From the IMG/VR virus record IMGVR_UViG_3300027692_000001: a DNA stretch of 64,000 bases. One strand, given 5' to 3'. A program made the position numbers and the translations under genes. Source of the stretch: a virus. The notes beneath the pieces were generated by a model. That model had not been told where the DNA came from. It searched no databases and saw only the letters and a list, made by a program, of their open reading frames with translations. Below are positions 7,737 to 13,948 of the stretch, in pieces (position 1 is the stretch's first letter; each line of letters starts with the position of its first letter).

Positions 7737-7898
7737 TTAGTAACGGTCGGCGGCCGGCAACTTGGCCAGCTCGGCCCACCAGGGTAGGCAAACGTGGCCG
7801 AATAGGTGGTTCTGAAGTGCGCTAACAACCCGGCCGCAATGCTCGCACGTAAAGGCTTGGATTGCTAGGACTTGTCCGTGGTAGGTCTCGTTTGCCAT
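7737..7898 (-). CDS. 53-aa Ros/MucR-type C2H2 zinc-finger protein (candidate switch regulator)
   Basis: Not in the track (<60 aa). Sequence MANETYHGQVLAIQAFTCEHCGRVVSALQNHLFGHVCLPWWAELAKLPAADRY. The C-x2-C-x9-H-x3-H spacing equals the prokaryotic Ros/MucR finger. Its ATG lies 6 nt after a consensus -10, so it is leaderless. Confidence 0.5.
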   Translation of the reverse strand: MANETYHGQVLAIQAFTCEHCGRVVSALQNHLFGHVCLPWWAELAKLPAADRY

Positions 7899-7904
7899 AT
7901 CTCT

Positions 7905-7933
7905 ATTGTACGCTCGCTAGACGGAGATGTCAA
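7905..7933 (-). promoter_or_regulatory. consensus sigma-A/sigma-70 promoter (leaderless transcript)
   Basis: On the minus strand: TTGACA, 17 nt, TACAAT, then 6 nt to ATG 7898. Confidence 0.6.
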
Positions 7934-8409
7934 TAGATTGTGTGTACAGATAGGAAAGAGACATACGACGCCAGATACCGGGTACTTGATCAGCGACGAT
8001 GCGCACGCTAACCTCTCGGCCCTAGTAGTGACTGGTGCGCCTAGAAGGTCTTCGCGATCTCGGCCGCCATGGTTCTTTGCCTTGTATGCGCCTTACAGCA
8101 GCCACAGCGCTTGAAGGGGTTCACAGACGTGCAGCGCACCGGCTAGGCGAAGCGAAACAAAGCAAGACACCAGAACGAAGACGGCAAGCACCGAGAACAG
8201 GCAAAACAGACGGCGCGCTGGGCCGACGGGCCTGTGACGTGCAGGAACGCATCACAACGTGCTCGTCTCTCCGGTAGTTAGCACTCTCGGCCCATAAACA
8301 GGCCGTGACCAGCGCAAACGCCGATCGGTCGAGCCAGATTCCCTCCTCGGCGAGCAAAAAGGGCCCGTGCTAAGGCACCGACATCCCGTGACGTGTGCGG
8401 GGGCCTTTC

Positions 8410-8453
8410 GGTAATACCTTGACACGGTAATACCAACCCTGTACGGTAATACC
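8410..8453 (+). promoter_or_regulatory. rightward early promoter with three GGTAaTACC operators
   Basis: TTGACA (8419-8424), 17 nt, TACGGT (8442-8447), then 7 nt to ATG 8455. The 9-bp palindrome GGTAATACC occurs at 8410, 8426 and 8445, flanking the -35, in the spacer, and over the -10. Confidence 0.6.
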
Positions 8454-8454
8454 C

Positions 8455-8673
8455 ATGCCTGACCCCTGCGCCATCTGGGACTGCCCCGCCCCCGGCGAGT
8501 ACACCATCCAGTTCCGGGACGGCTACTGCCCGACGGTCTGCTCCGAGCATGAGGATGTCATCTGCGAAGTGGTCGGCCGGCACATCCAGCACGCCGCTCA
8601 GGACGACCCGATCCGAGACCACTGGCGACTGGAGGACGTTCGCCACATCCCGATCACTCGGGTCCAGGTATGA
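8455..8673 (+). CDS. hypothetical Cys-rich protein (first gene of rightward operon, leaderless)
   Basis: 72-aa ORF starting 7 nt after the -10. Five Cys residues in the first 40 aa. Confidence 0.6.
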   Translation: MPDPCAIWDCPAPGEYTIQFRDGYCPTVCSEHEDVICEVVGRHIQHAAQDDPIRDHWRLEDVRHIPITRVQV

Positions 8674-9023
8674 GGCAACCCGTCGTGACCCTGCGGATCG
8701 ACCCCGAGGTTTGGGACAAGGTGAAGGCGGCAGCGGCTGAGGTCGACAAGTCCACCAGTGAGTGGGTTCGTGACGCCTGTGTCTCCAGCCTGAGCCGGCG
8801 CACCCTGAACGCCTCCCCTCCGGTCCAGTCGGCTCCTGTGCGACCACAGCGGCCTCAGACGAGCCCTGGGAGGGCCAAGCCCTCCGTCCGACAGTCCGCC
8901 CCCGTCAAGGACGCAGAGGCCCGTCTAGCTGAGGTCCGCCGTGAGCCGTGCCGGCATCCGTCCAACCGTCGGATCGGCGACGGGTGTGGAATGTGCGGAG
9001 AGATCGTGAAGGGGGCCAAGTGA
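8670..9023 (+). CDS. ribbon-helix-helix DNA-binding protein
   Basis: ATGA overlap. VTLRIDPEVWDKVKAAAAEVDKSTSEWVRDACVSSL is a CopG/Arc-like RHH N-terminus. The C-terminal end has CGMC. Confidence 0.6.
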   Translation: MRQPVVTLRIDPEVWDKVKAAAAEVDKSTSEWVRDACVSSLSRRTLNASPPVQSAPVRPQRPQTSPGRAKPSVRQSAPVKDAEARLAEVRREPCRHPSNRRIGDGCGMCGEIVKGAK

Positions 9024-9202
9024 TGGCCTCCCCTCGCAGGGCTAAGGCCCGCAGAGATTTGTCCATGCCCGACCTGTCCCCCGCTGACCGGGAGGCCGTG
9101 GACCGCAGCATCGCTAGGTCCAAACCGACTGTGGCAGTCCCATCTCGAGTGGCTGGGGACAGGATGCCCGAAGTCACCCCTCGGTTCAAGGGGGCCAAGT
9201 GA
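9020..9202 (+). CDS. hypothetical protein
   Basis: GTGA overlap embedded in the repeated junction AAGGGGGCCAAGTGATGGCC. 60 aa. Confidence 0.5.
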   Translation: MMASPRRAKARRDLSMPDLSPADREAVDRSIARSKPTVAVPSRVAGDRMPEVTPRFKGAK

Positions 9203-9465
9203 TGGCCAAGCTCCGCATCGTTGGTGCCGGTACGGTCGGCTACGGGTACAAGGTCGAGATCGATGGCGTGGAGCGCCCCGATGTCTTGAGGTGCGTCGTC
9301 TCTTGGGATGCCCAGGACTTCTGTAGGGCCGACGTGAGCCTGGCCATAGACGACCTTGACGTTGTGGCGGAACTGCAAGAGGCCGAGGCTGCGGAGATGG
9401 CCAAGCGTGCCGACCTCGTGTTCCGACCGTTTGGCCGGCCTAAGCCCGAGGCCAACGATGCCTGA
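9199..9465 (+). CDS. hypothetical protein
   Basis: Second copy of the same junction cassette. 88-aa ORF. Confidence 0.6.
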   Translation: MMAKLRIVGAGTVGYGYKVEIDGVERPDVLRCVVSWDAQDFCRADVSLAIDDLDVVAELQEAEAAEMAKRADLVFRPFGRPKPEANDA

Positions 9466-9607
9466 AATCCTGAAGGCCCCCGTCTGGCTCGCTAAGCAGG
9501 GGTGGAGTGACGAGGAGTTCACGGAGATGAACGCGGCGTGGGTGAAGCACCAGGCGGAGCACCCCGACGAAGTTTTTGTTTGGCCCCCTATGCCCGAGGC
9601 GCAGTGA
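9458..9607 (+). CDS. hypothetical protein
   Basis: ATG 9458 overlaps the previous stop by 8 nt. 49 aa. The track start at 9356 would overlap heavily. Confidence 0.45.
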   Translation: MPEILKAPVWLAKQGWSDEEFTEMNAAWVKHQAEHPDEVFVWPPMPEAQ

Positions 9608-9903
9608 TGGCCGAGGCCTTCGTCAATCACAACCCTGACCCCCTCCTGCATCTCTGGGGCCGCACTGGTCCGCGAGGGCGGGAGATCGGTGGCTCAGTAG
9701 CTCTCTGCGGTGTCGTCGTGCGAGAGCGTCGGGGCGGGTTCGACCGAGAGCACCCCAAAGCCTGCCCGAACTGCCTCGAGGCCCTGGACGCTGGGTACAG
9801 CTATGAGGAGTACTCAGCCATCCGGGGACAGCGCACCAAGCAGCGCATGGAGTCGGGCGACTTCCGAGGGTTCGTTTGCCGGGAGGAGGACATCCGTGGT
9901 TAG
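9604..9903 (+). CDS. hypothetical protein
   Basis: GTGA overlap (CAGTGATGGCC). 99 aa with a CPNC motif. Confidence 0.55.
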   Translation: MMAEAFVNHNPDPLLHLWGRTGPRGREIGGSVALCGVVVRERRGGFDREHPKACPNCLEALDAGYSYEEYSAIRGQRTKQRMESGDFRGFVCREEDIRG

Positions 9904-10138
9904 CCGCATCTCCCACCTCACCTGTACCTCCTGCGGCACGGACCAACGCGTCAAGATCGAACAAACCGAGGGCGGCGAGCTCTGCTCCCCCTGTAACGCG
10001 TGCGGGGGCCGGGGCTTCGCTGCTTGGCCGAGGCTCGAGATGCCCACCGCGCCGGTCTTCGACTTCGCCGAGGTCCCCACCGAACGCCTCAACGAGTTCC
10101 TGCGGGCGGTCTTTGGGGAGTACAAGGACGACGAATGA
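9896..10138 (+). CDS. zinc-ribbon protein
   Basis: GTG lies 6 nt after GGGAGGAGGA. Has CTSC...CSPCNACGG. Confidence 0.55.
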   Translation: MVSRISHLTCTSCGTDQRVKIEQTEGGELCSPCNACGGRGFAAWPRLEMPTAPVFDFAEVPTERLNEFLRAVFGEYKDDE

Positions 10139-10422
10139 GCCAGGGCATCTATACTCCGTGCCTCCACGGCTTTGAGCCCAAGGTCTGCCCGACGTGCCAA
10201 GAGCCGATCCTCCGCTACCAGTCAGTAGCCGACGCCCGACGTTTGGCCAAGGCGCTTGAAGTAGTAGAGGCGGCGCGAGGCTTCAAGCAGGCCTGCGAGG
10301 ATTTCTGGCGCGGTATTGAACCGGGTGTCCGTGCCCACGCGGACGACCTCGCTGATATCGTCACCCGACGCCGAGATGCGATCTTCGCCGCTCTGGCTGC
10401 CTTCGATGAGGCCACCAAGTGA
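10135..10422 (+). CDS. hypothetical protein
   Basis: ATGA overlap. 95 aa with CPTC near the N-terminus. Confidence 0.6.
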   Translation: MSQGIYTPCLHGFEPKVCPTCQEPILRYQSVADARRLAKALEVVEAARGFKQACEDFWRGIEPGVRAHADDLADIVTRRRDAIFAALAAFDEATK

Positions 10423-10526
10423 CTGTCACCGTTGCCTTGATCCGCCTCGGCTGGGCGCTCCTGCTCGGCTACGGCGTCCTTTGGATGGTCCGCGACGAGT
10501 GGCGGATGGATAGGCGGGACCGGTGA
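10419..10526 (+). CDS. possible 35-aa membrane peptide
   Basis: Not in the track. GTGA overlaps at both ends. Sequence VTVTVALIRLGWALLLGYGVLWMVRDEW... Confidence 0.4.
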   Translation: MTVTVALIRLGWALLLGYGVLWMVRDEWRMDRRDR

Positions 10527-10750
10527 ACCCCGAGTCCGTGGAGGGCCTCCAAGCCAATCTCCAGCGCATTGAGATCGCCGCCATCCAGGGCGATGACGTG
10601 GTCATCCTTCACTTCCCTGACACCGTGACCCCCTTAGAGGCCGTTGAGTGGCGTGAGGTGTTCTCCCAGTTGACGGGGATCACCAACCGGGTCGTGGCCT
10701 TCGTCGGAGATGTCCGGGTCGAAGTCAAGCGCCCTGAGCCGGGGCAGTGA
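10523..10750 (+). CDS. hypothetical protein
   Basis: 75-aa ORF coupled by GTGA. Confidence 0.6.
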   Translation: MNPESVEGLQANLQRIEIAAIQGDDVVILHFPDTVTPLEAVEWREVFSQLTGITNRVVAFVGDVRVEVKRPEPGQ

Positions 10751-10784
10751 GGGTTTCTGCTGCTTCTCCTCGCGACCGCTACTG

Positions 10785-10817
10785 GAGCCGAGCAGCGTCA
10801 GGTAGCAGTCTCGGCTC
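10785..10817 (+). promoter_or_regulatory. intergenic stem-loop
   Basis: GAGCCGAG, 17 nt, CTCGGCTC (8-bp perfect stem) in the 77-nt gap. No U tract. Confidence 0.3.
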
Positions 10818-10827
10818 GGGGTACTGA

Positions 10828-11013
10828 GTGGCCCCTCACAAGCGCCGTCCCCGCTGTGCCATCTGCGGCGAGGACGACCCCGACCTCAAGCTCCACCGCC
10901 TCGTAGTCGTCGCTGACGGCAAGCTCAAGGTCCGCAGAAGGCTCTGTACCGGCTGCTTGGCGATCATCCTGGTTTCGATCGACAACACGGTTGGCCGCAA
11001 ACGACAAGGGTAG
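10828..11013 (+). CDS. hypothetical zinc-ribbon-like protein
   Basis: GTG-start 61-aa ORF with CAICG...CTGC. Confidence 0.5.
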   Translation: MAPHKRRPRCAICGEDDPDLKLHRLVVVADGKLKVRRRLCTGCLAIILVSIDNTVGRKRQG

Positions 11014-11022
11014 GTACTCACC

Positions 11023-11214
11023 ATGATCCTCGCCACGCTCACCGCCGCCAACTTGAGCCTCGCTCAGGTCTGCTTCCTCCTGGCTGCCTTCACCTGCGTC
11101 ATCGCCGCCATCCTCGGCCTCAGTACCTACGGTCGTGCCAACTTCTGGGCGACCGGGGTCCTCCTAGTGCTGGTCTTGTTCCTGGTCAGCGTCGGCCTAC
11201 TGTTCGCGTTCTGA
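11023..11214 (+). CDS. membrane protein (2 TM)
   Basis: 63 aa, almost entirely hydrophobic in two segments. Confidence 0.6.
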   Translation: MILATLTAANLSLAQVCFLLAAFTCVIAAILGLSTYGRANFWATGVLLVLVLFLVSVGLLFAF

Positions 11215-11221
11215 GGCTGAC

Positions 11222-11353
11222 GTGCTTCTTCTTTTCGTGCTCATCCTGCTCTTGGTCCTGTTCGGTGTCGGCTCCGTCGCCATCAGCCCCCTGCTGTGGA
11301 TCTTGGTCGTGATAGTCGCCGCTGTCATCATCTACAACCTGGTCCGAAGATAG
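11222..11353 (+). CDS. possible 43-aa membrane protein (2 TM)
   Basis: Not in the track. GTG start. Sequence VLLLFVLILLLVLFGVGSVAISPLLWILVVIVAAVIIYNLVRR. Confidence 0.45.
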   Translation: MLLLFVLILLLVLFGVGSVAISPLLWILVVIVAAVIIYNLVRR

Positions 11354-11363
11354 AAAGGTCGCC

Positions 11364-11582
11364 ATGATCCTGCCCGCCGTCCCCCAGTTCAACTCCCCCG
11401 ACGTCCCGGCCCCCCTCGACGCCAACCAGACTCAGTTCGTCGTGACCGAGGACGATGAGCACGAGCGCCAAGAAGCCGCCGCGAGCGCCATCGCCGCTTA
11501 TGTCGCGGGCGACCCTCCTGCCGGCATCTGGGCCGTCCAAGGCGACGGTGTCCTGAACTGGATACCCGCCAACCAAGTCTGA
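11364..11582 (+). CDS. hypothetical protein
   Basis: ATG after GAAAGG. 72 aa. Confidence 0.55.
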   Translation: MILPAVPQFNSPDVPAPLDANQTQFVVTEDDEHERQEAAASAIAAYVAGDPPAGIWAVQGDGVLNWIPANQV

Positions 11583-11587
11583 GATGC

Positions 11588-11617
11588 TTGACAGCCCGGC
11601 TGAGGCCGTGGCAAGAT
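11588..11617 (+). promoter_or_regulatory. putative promoter of the tRNA gene
   Basis: TTGACA, 18 nt, CAAGAT. The -10 ends 10 nt before the tRNA 5' end. Confidence 0.45.
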
Positions 11618-11627
11618 CACAGGTGAT

Positions 11628-11702
11628 AGCGGTGTGGAGTAGTGGCAACTCGTTGGGCTCATAACCCTGAGTCTCAGGTTCGATTCCTGGCCCCCGCCAC
11701 CA
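11628..11702 (+). tRNA. tRNA-Met(CAU), initiator-like, CCA encoded
   Basis: Hand-folded cloverleaf: D arm GAGU/ACUC, anticodon loop CUCAUAA (CAT at 11660-11662), GGG/CCC anticodon-stem triplet, T loop UUCGAUU, A1xC72 mismatch. It closely parallels E. coli tRNA-fMet. Imperfections are U6xC67 and one extra C after the T stem. Confidence 0.8.
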
Positions 11703-11912
11703 CAACAGAACCCCAATGAAGGCCCGTAGTACCCGTTGATGTTCCGAACCGTGGGAGTCCCGCCGAGGCCTCGTAGAGCCAATATGCGGGCCGGTTGCCT
11801 GAACCGTAAAGACGGCCGGTGAAGGATGGAGGGTGGGCCACCTGCTAAATGGGCTCGGCTTTGCCGGGTCGGCGGTGTCGGGGGGAAGCCCTACCCTTCC
11901 CCCCGCACAGCC

Positions 11913-12152
11913 TTACTTCGCCAGGCTCACCAGCGCCGTCACGAACAGCGCGCACCCCTGTAGCCCCAGCACCCACCCCACCACGCTCTTGTAGGCCGGG
12001 TTGCGCCACCAGGGCAGGAACAGAGCGGTGAGGCCCCAATATATAAAGGCCAACCAGTAGTGCCCAGCGGCGGCGGCCATGAAGCTGGCGAGGAACACCC
12101 CGAGCAGGAACAACGGGTAGAGCAGCACGAGAAGGCCGGCGTAGAGGATCAT
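11913..12152 (-). CDS. membrane protein (3 TM)
   Basis: 79-aa hydrophobic ORF with ATGA overlap to the upstream gene. Confidence 0.6.
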   Translation of the reverse strand: MILYAGLLVLLYPLFLLGVFLASFMAAAAGHYWLAFIYWGLTALFLPWWRNPAYKSVVGWVLGLQGCALFVTALVSLAK

Positions 12153-12502
12153 GGCTCACCCAGCGAGTTAGCGAGGATGGCTTGGCCGATCATGTCGGGT
12201 AGCCTCCCGCCTTCTGGCTCGCACCCCCAAGGGCACGGCATCCCTTCCACAGCCCCCCATAGCCGACAGACCGTGGGGCGCACGTCGTAGACGGTGCAAC
12301 GCCCATCCTTCAAGGCTGGGCAGTCAAAGTCCCCACCCAGGAGAATGGTGGTGACCGCCTCAGCGATAGGAGCTAGCTGTATACCCCTCGCGGCGAGCAG
12401 GGCTTTCTCTTGAGGACTGGCGTCGATGGGGCCGCAGGACTCAGCGCAGAGGCCCTTGCAGACCATTGGCGGGATCTTGGACCAAGCGACAGGCCCGCTC
12501 AT
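12149..12502 (-). CDS. YkgJ-family (CxxCxxCC-type) Cys-cluster protein
   Basis: ATGA start at 12502. CKGLCAESCG...CPALKDGRCTVYDVRPTVCRLWG resembles the UPF0153/YkgJ zinc/iron-chelating domain. Confidence 0.6.
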   Translation of the reverse strand: MSGPVAWSKIPPMVCKGLCAESCGPIDASPQEKALLAARGIQLAPIAEAVTTILLGGDFDCPALKDGRCTVYDVRPTVCRLWGAVEGMPCPWGCEPEGGRLPDMIGQAILANSLGEP

Positions 12503-13020
12503 TTCGCCACCTTCTTCGGCAGCTTCCACCCAGTCTCGCTCTTGATGGCCCCGCAGGTACACAGGGTCGCGAACTGCATCTTGCGCTGGCGGAACTCCTC
12601 GTGCTTGCACTTCTCAGGGTCCACCGGAGCCCCCGCTGCCTTCCTGAGCCGCTTTGCAACGGGCTCGCGCACAGGTCGGGGGATGTTCACCTCGGGCACT
12701 ATGGCTCGCGCGGTCTTAGCCACGGCCCTCCGGGGGAGCGGGTTGCTCATGTGCGACAGGGCGCTCCGCACGGCCATATGAACTTCGTGGGTGATCGCCT
12801 TGGTTGCCGCGGCGCGGACTGCATCCCAGGTCTCTTTGTCCATCGTGGCCGCGTAGCCCTCGCGCTGGGCATGGCTCAGAGGTTCGATGGTCCCCGAGGT
12901 AAGCGCGGTCAGGTAGTCGATGATGAGGCCTGACACCGTGGTCTCGGTCTTGCGTGCTATCTCGTCGGCCGCTTTCCACAGGTCGTCGGAGCAGCGGAAG
13001 TGGCGGTAGGGGGTGGGCAT
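12499..13020 (-). CDS. RHH-like DNA-binding protein
   Basis: The N-terminus YRHFRCSDDLWKAADEIARKTETTVSGLIIDYL has an RHH pattern. The C-terminus is basic. Confidence 0.55.
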   Translation of the reverse strand: MPTPYRHFRCSDDLWKAADEIARKTETTVSGLIIDYLTALTSGTIEPLSHAQREGYAATMDKETWDAVRAAATKAITHEVHMAVRSALSHMSNPLPRRAVAKTARAIVPEVNIPRPVREPVAKRLRKAAGAPVDPEKCKHEEFRQRKMQFATLCTCGAIKSETGWKLPKKVAK

Positions 13021-13343
13021 CAGTCGGCCGCTTCCAGGGCCTCAAGGGCGACCTCAAATGGGGTGTAGGCCACGCTCGCTAGGCCCGCGAGCACCTTGGC
13101 GGCATCAACGACTGCCAGCAGCAGCGCTAGGTCAGTAGGGGCGTGGGCGATCAGGTCCGCGTCGGGGCCTGGCGACTCCTCGTTTACCTGAGCAACCCAG
13201 ATTTCCTCGGAGTGGGAACCCAGACGTGCCATGATCTCGGTTCCGAATGGGCCTTCCGAACCCACCGGCTTTGTGGTCTCCCCCTGCCACCACGGACCTT
13301 GGGTGGCGTCGCTTATCCTCTGTTTGATGCTCTCAATGCTCAT
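13020..13343 (-). CDS. hypothetical protein (Ead/Ea22-like pattern)
   Basis: First gene of the leftward cassette, after the leader ACGAAAGGGAACCC. GPWW...DADLIAHAPTDLALLL recalls Ead/Ea22-like phage proteins. Confidence 0.55.
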   Translation of the reverse strand: MSIESIKQRISDATQGPWWQGETTKPVGSEGPFGTEIMARLGSHSEEIWVAQVNEESPGPDADLIAHAPTDLALLLAVVDAAKVLAGLASVAYTPFEVALEALEAAD

Positions 13344-13369
13344 GGGTTCCCTTTCGTAGTCGTGTTTAC

Positions 13370-13398
13370 ACGGTACGTCCGCTCGCAGCTTTTGTCAA
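13370..13398 (-). promoter_or_regulatory. consensus leftward promoter
   Basis: On the minus strand: TTGACA, 17 nt, TACCGT, followed by the leader GTAAACACGACTACGAAAGGGAACCC and the ATG. Confidence 0.55.
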
Positions 13399-13414
13399 CA
13401 CACCGGAGGACCGG

Positions 13415-13948
13415 ATGGGAACTGTGATGGTAGAGACGGTCGATGGACGCCGCATGAGGATCGAGAACGGCGTGGTGAAGTCGTGGGGCGACGGTGGGCC
13501 ACCGCGTTCGTTCGGGGTCGGCAACAAGTCCGCGGCCATCAGGCACGGTGCGTACTCCGACGCCATAGTCGCTGAGCACGCAACGCAGGTCATGGAGGAA
13601 CTCGTAGGTCTTTACCCCCAGGTCGCCTTCATGCCGGCGCGCGCGATCGAGCGGTACTGCTTGGCCGAGGCTCGGCTGGACATGATGTACGAGGCTATGT
13701 CGCAGAGCTTTGAACAGGTCGGCGTCTTGGAGACCATGAAGGAGACCCCTACCTTGATGGCCGAGATCGCCAAGTCGGAGCAGATCTCGCTCAACTACGC
13801 CAAGGAACTCGGCCTGACCGTTGCAGCCTGGGCCTCCATCGCCAAGAACATGGGCTTTGCCAGGCACTTCGGCAACGAGAACCTGGACAAGCTCACCAGT
13901 GACGGCCGGCGCATCCGCGAGGCCCAAGGTCGTCCGGTAGGTGAGTAG
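13415..13948 (+). CDS. terminase small subunit (positional)
   Basis: Immediately upstream of and overlapping terL. Good SD (GGAGGA). The RHGAYS motif is common in actinophage small terminases. Confidence 0.55.
   Translation: MGTVMVETVDGRRMRIENGVVKSWGDGGPPRSFGVGNKSAAIRHGAYSDAIVAEHATQVMEELVGLYPQVAFMPARAIERYCLAEARLDMMYEAMSQSFEQVGVLETMKETPTLMAEIAKSEQISLNYAKELGLTVAAWASIAKNMGFARHFGNENLDKLTSDGRRIREAQGRPVGE

Noticed and set aside
11628-11702. The tRNA as a host gene marking a prophage/host junction (attB)
   Set aside because: Both flanks are phage-like small genes with the same coupling style. The tRNA has its own promoter, and the integrase and putative attP lie 42 kb away in vegetative gene order.
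11703-11912. Possible third, partial copy of the element (GGGCCACCTGCT[A/C]AA at 11836-11852, compared with 5555-5571)
   Set aside because: Similarity is limited to about 17 nt, and the flanking sequence does not align. It is more likely a chance GC-rich match or a shared small hairpin.
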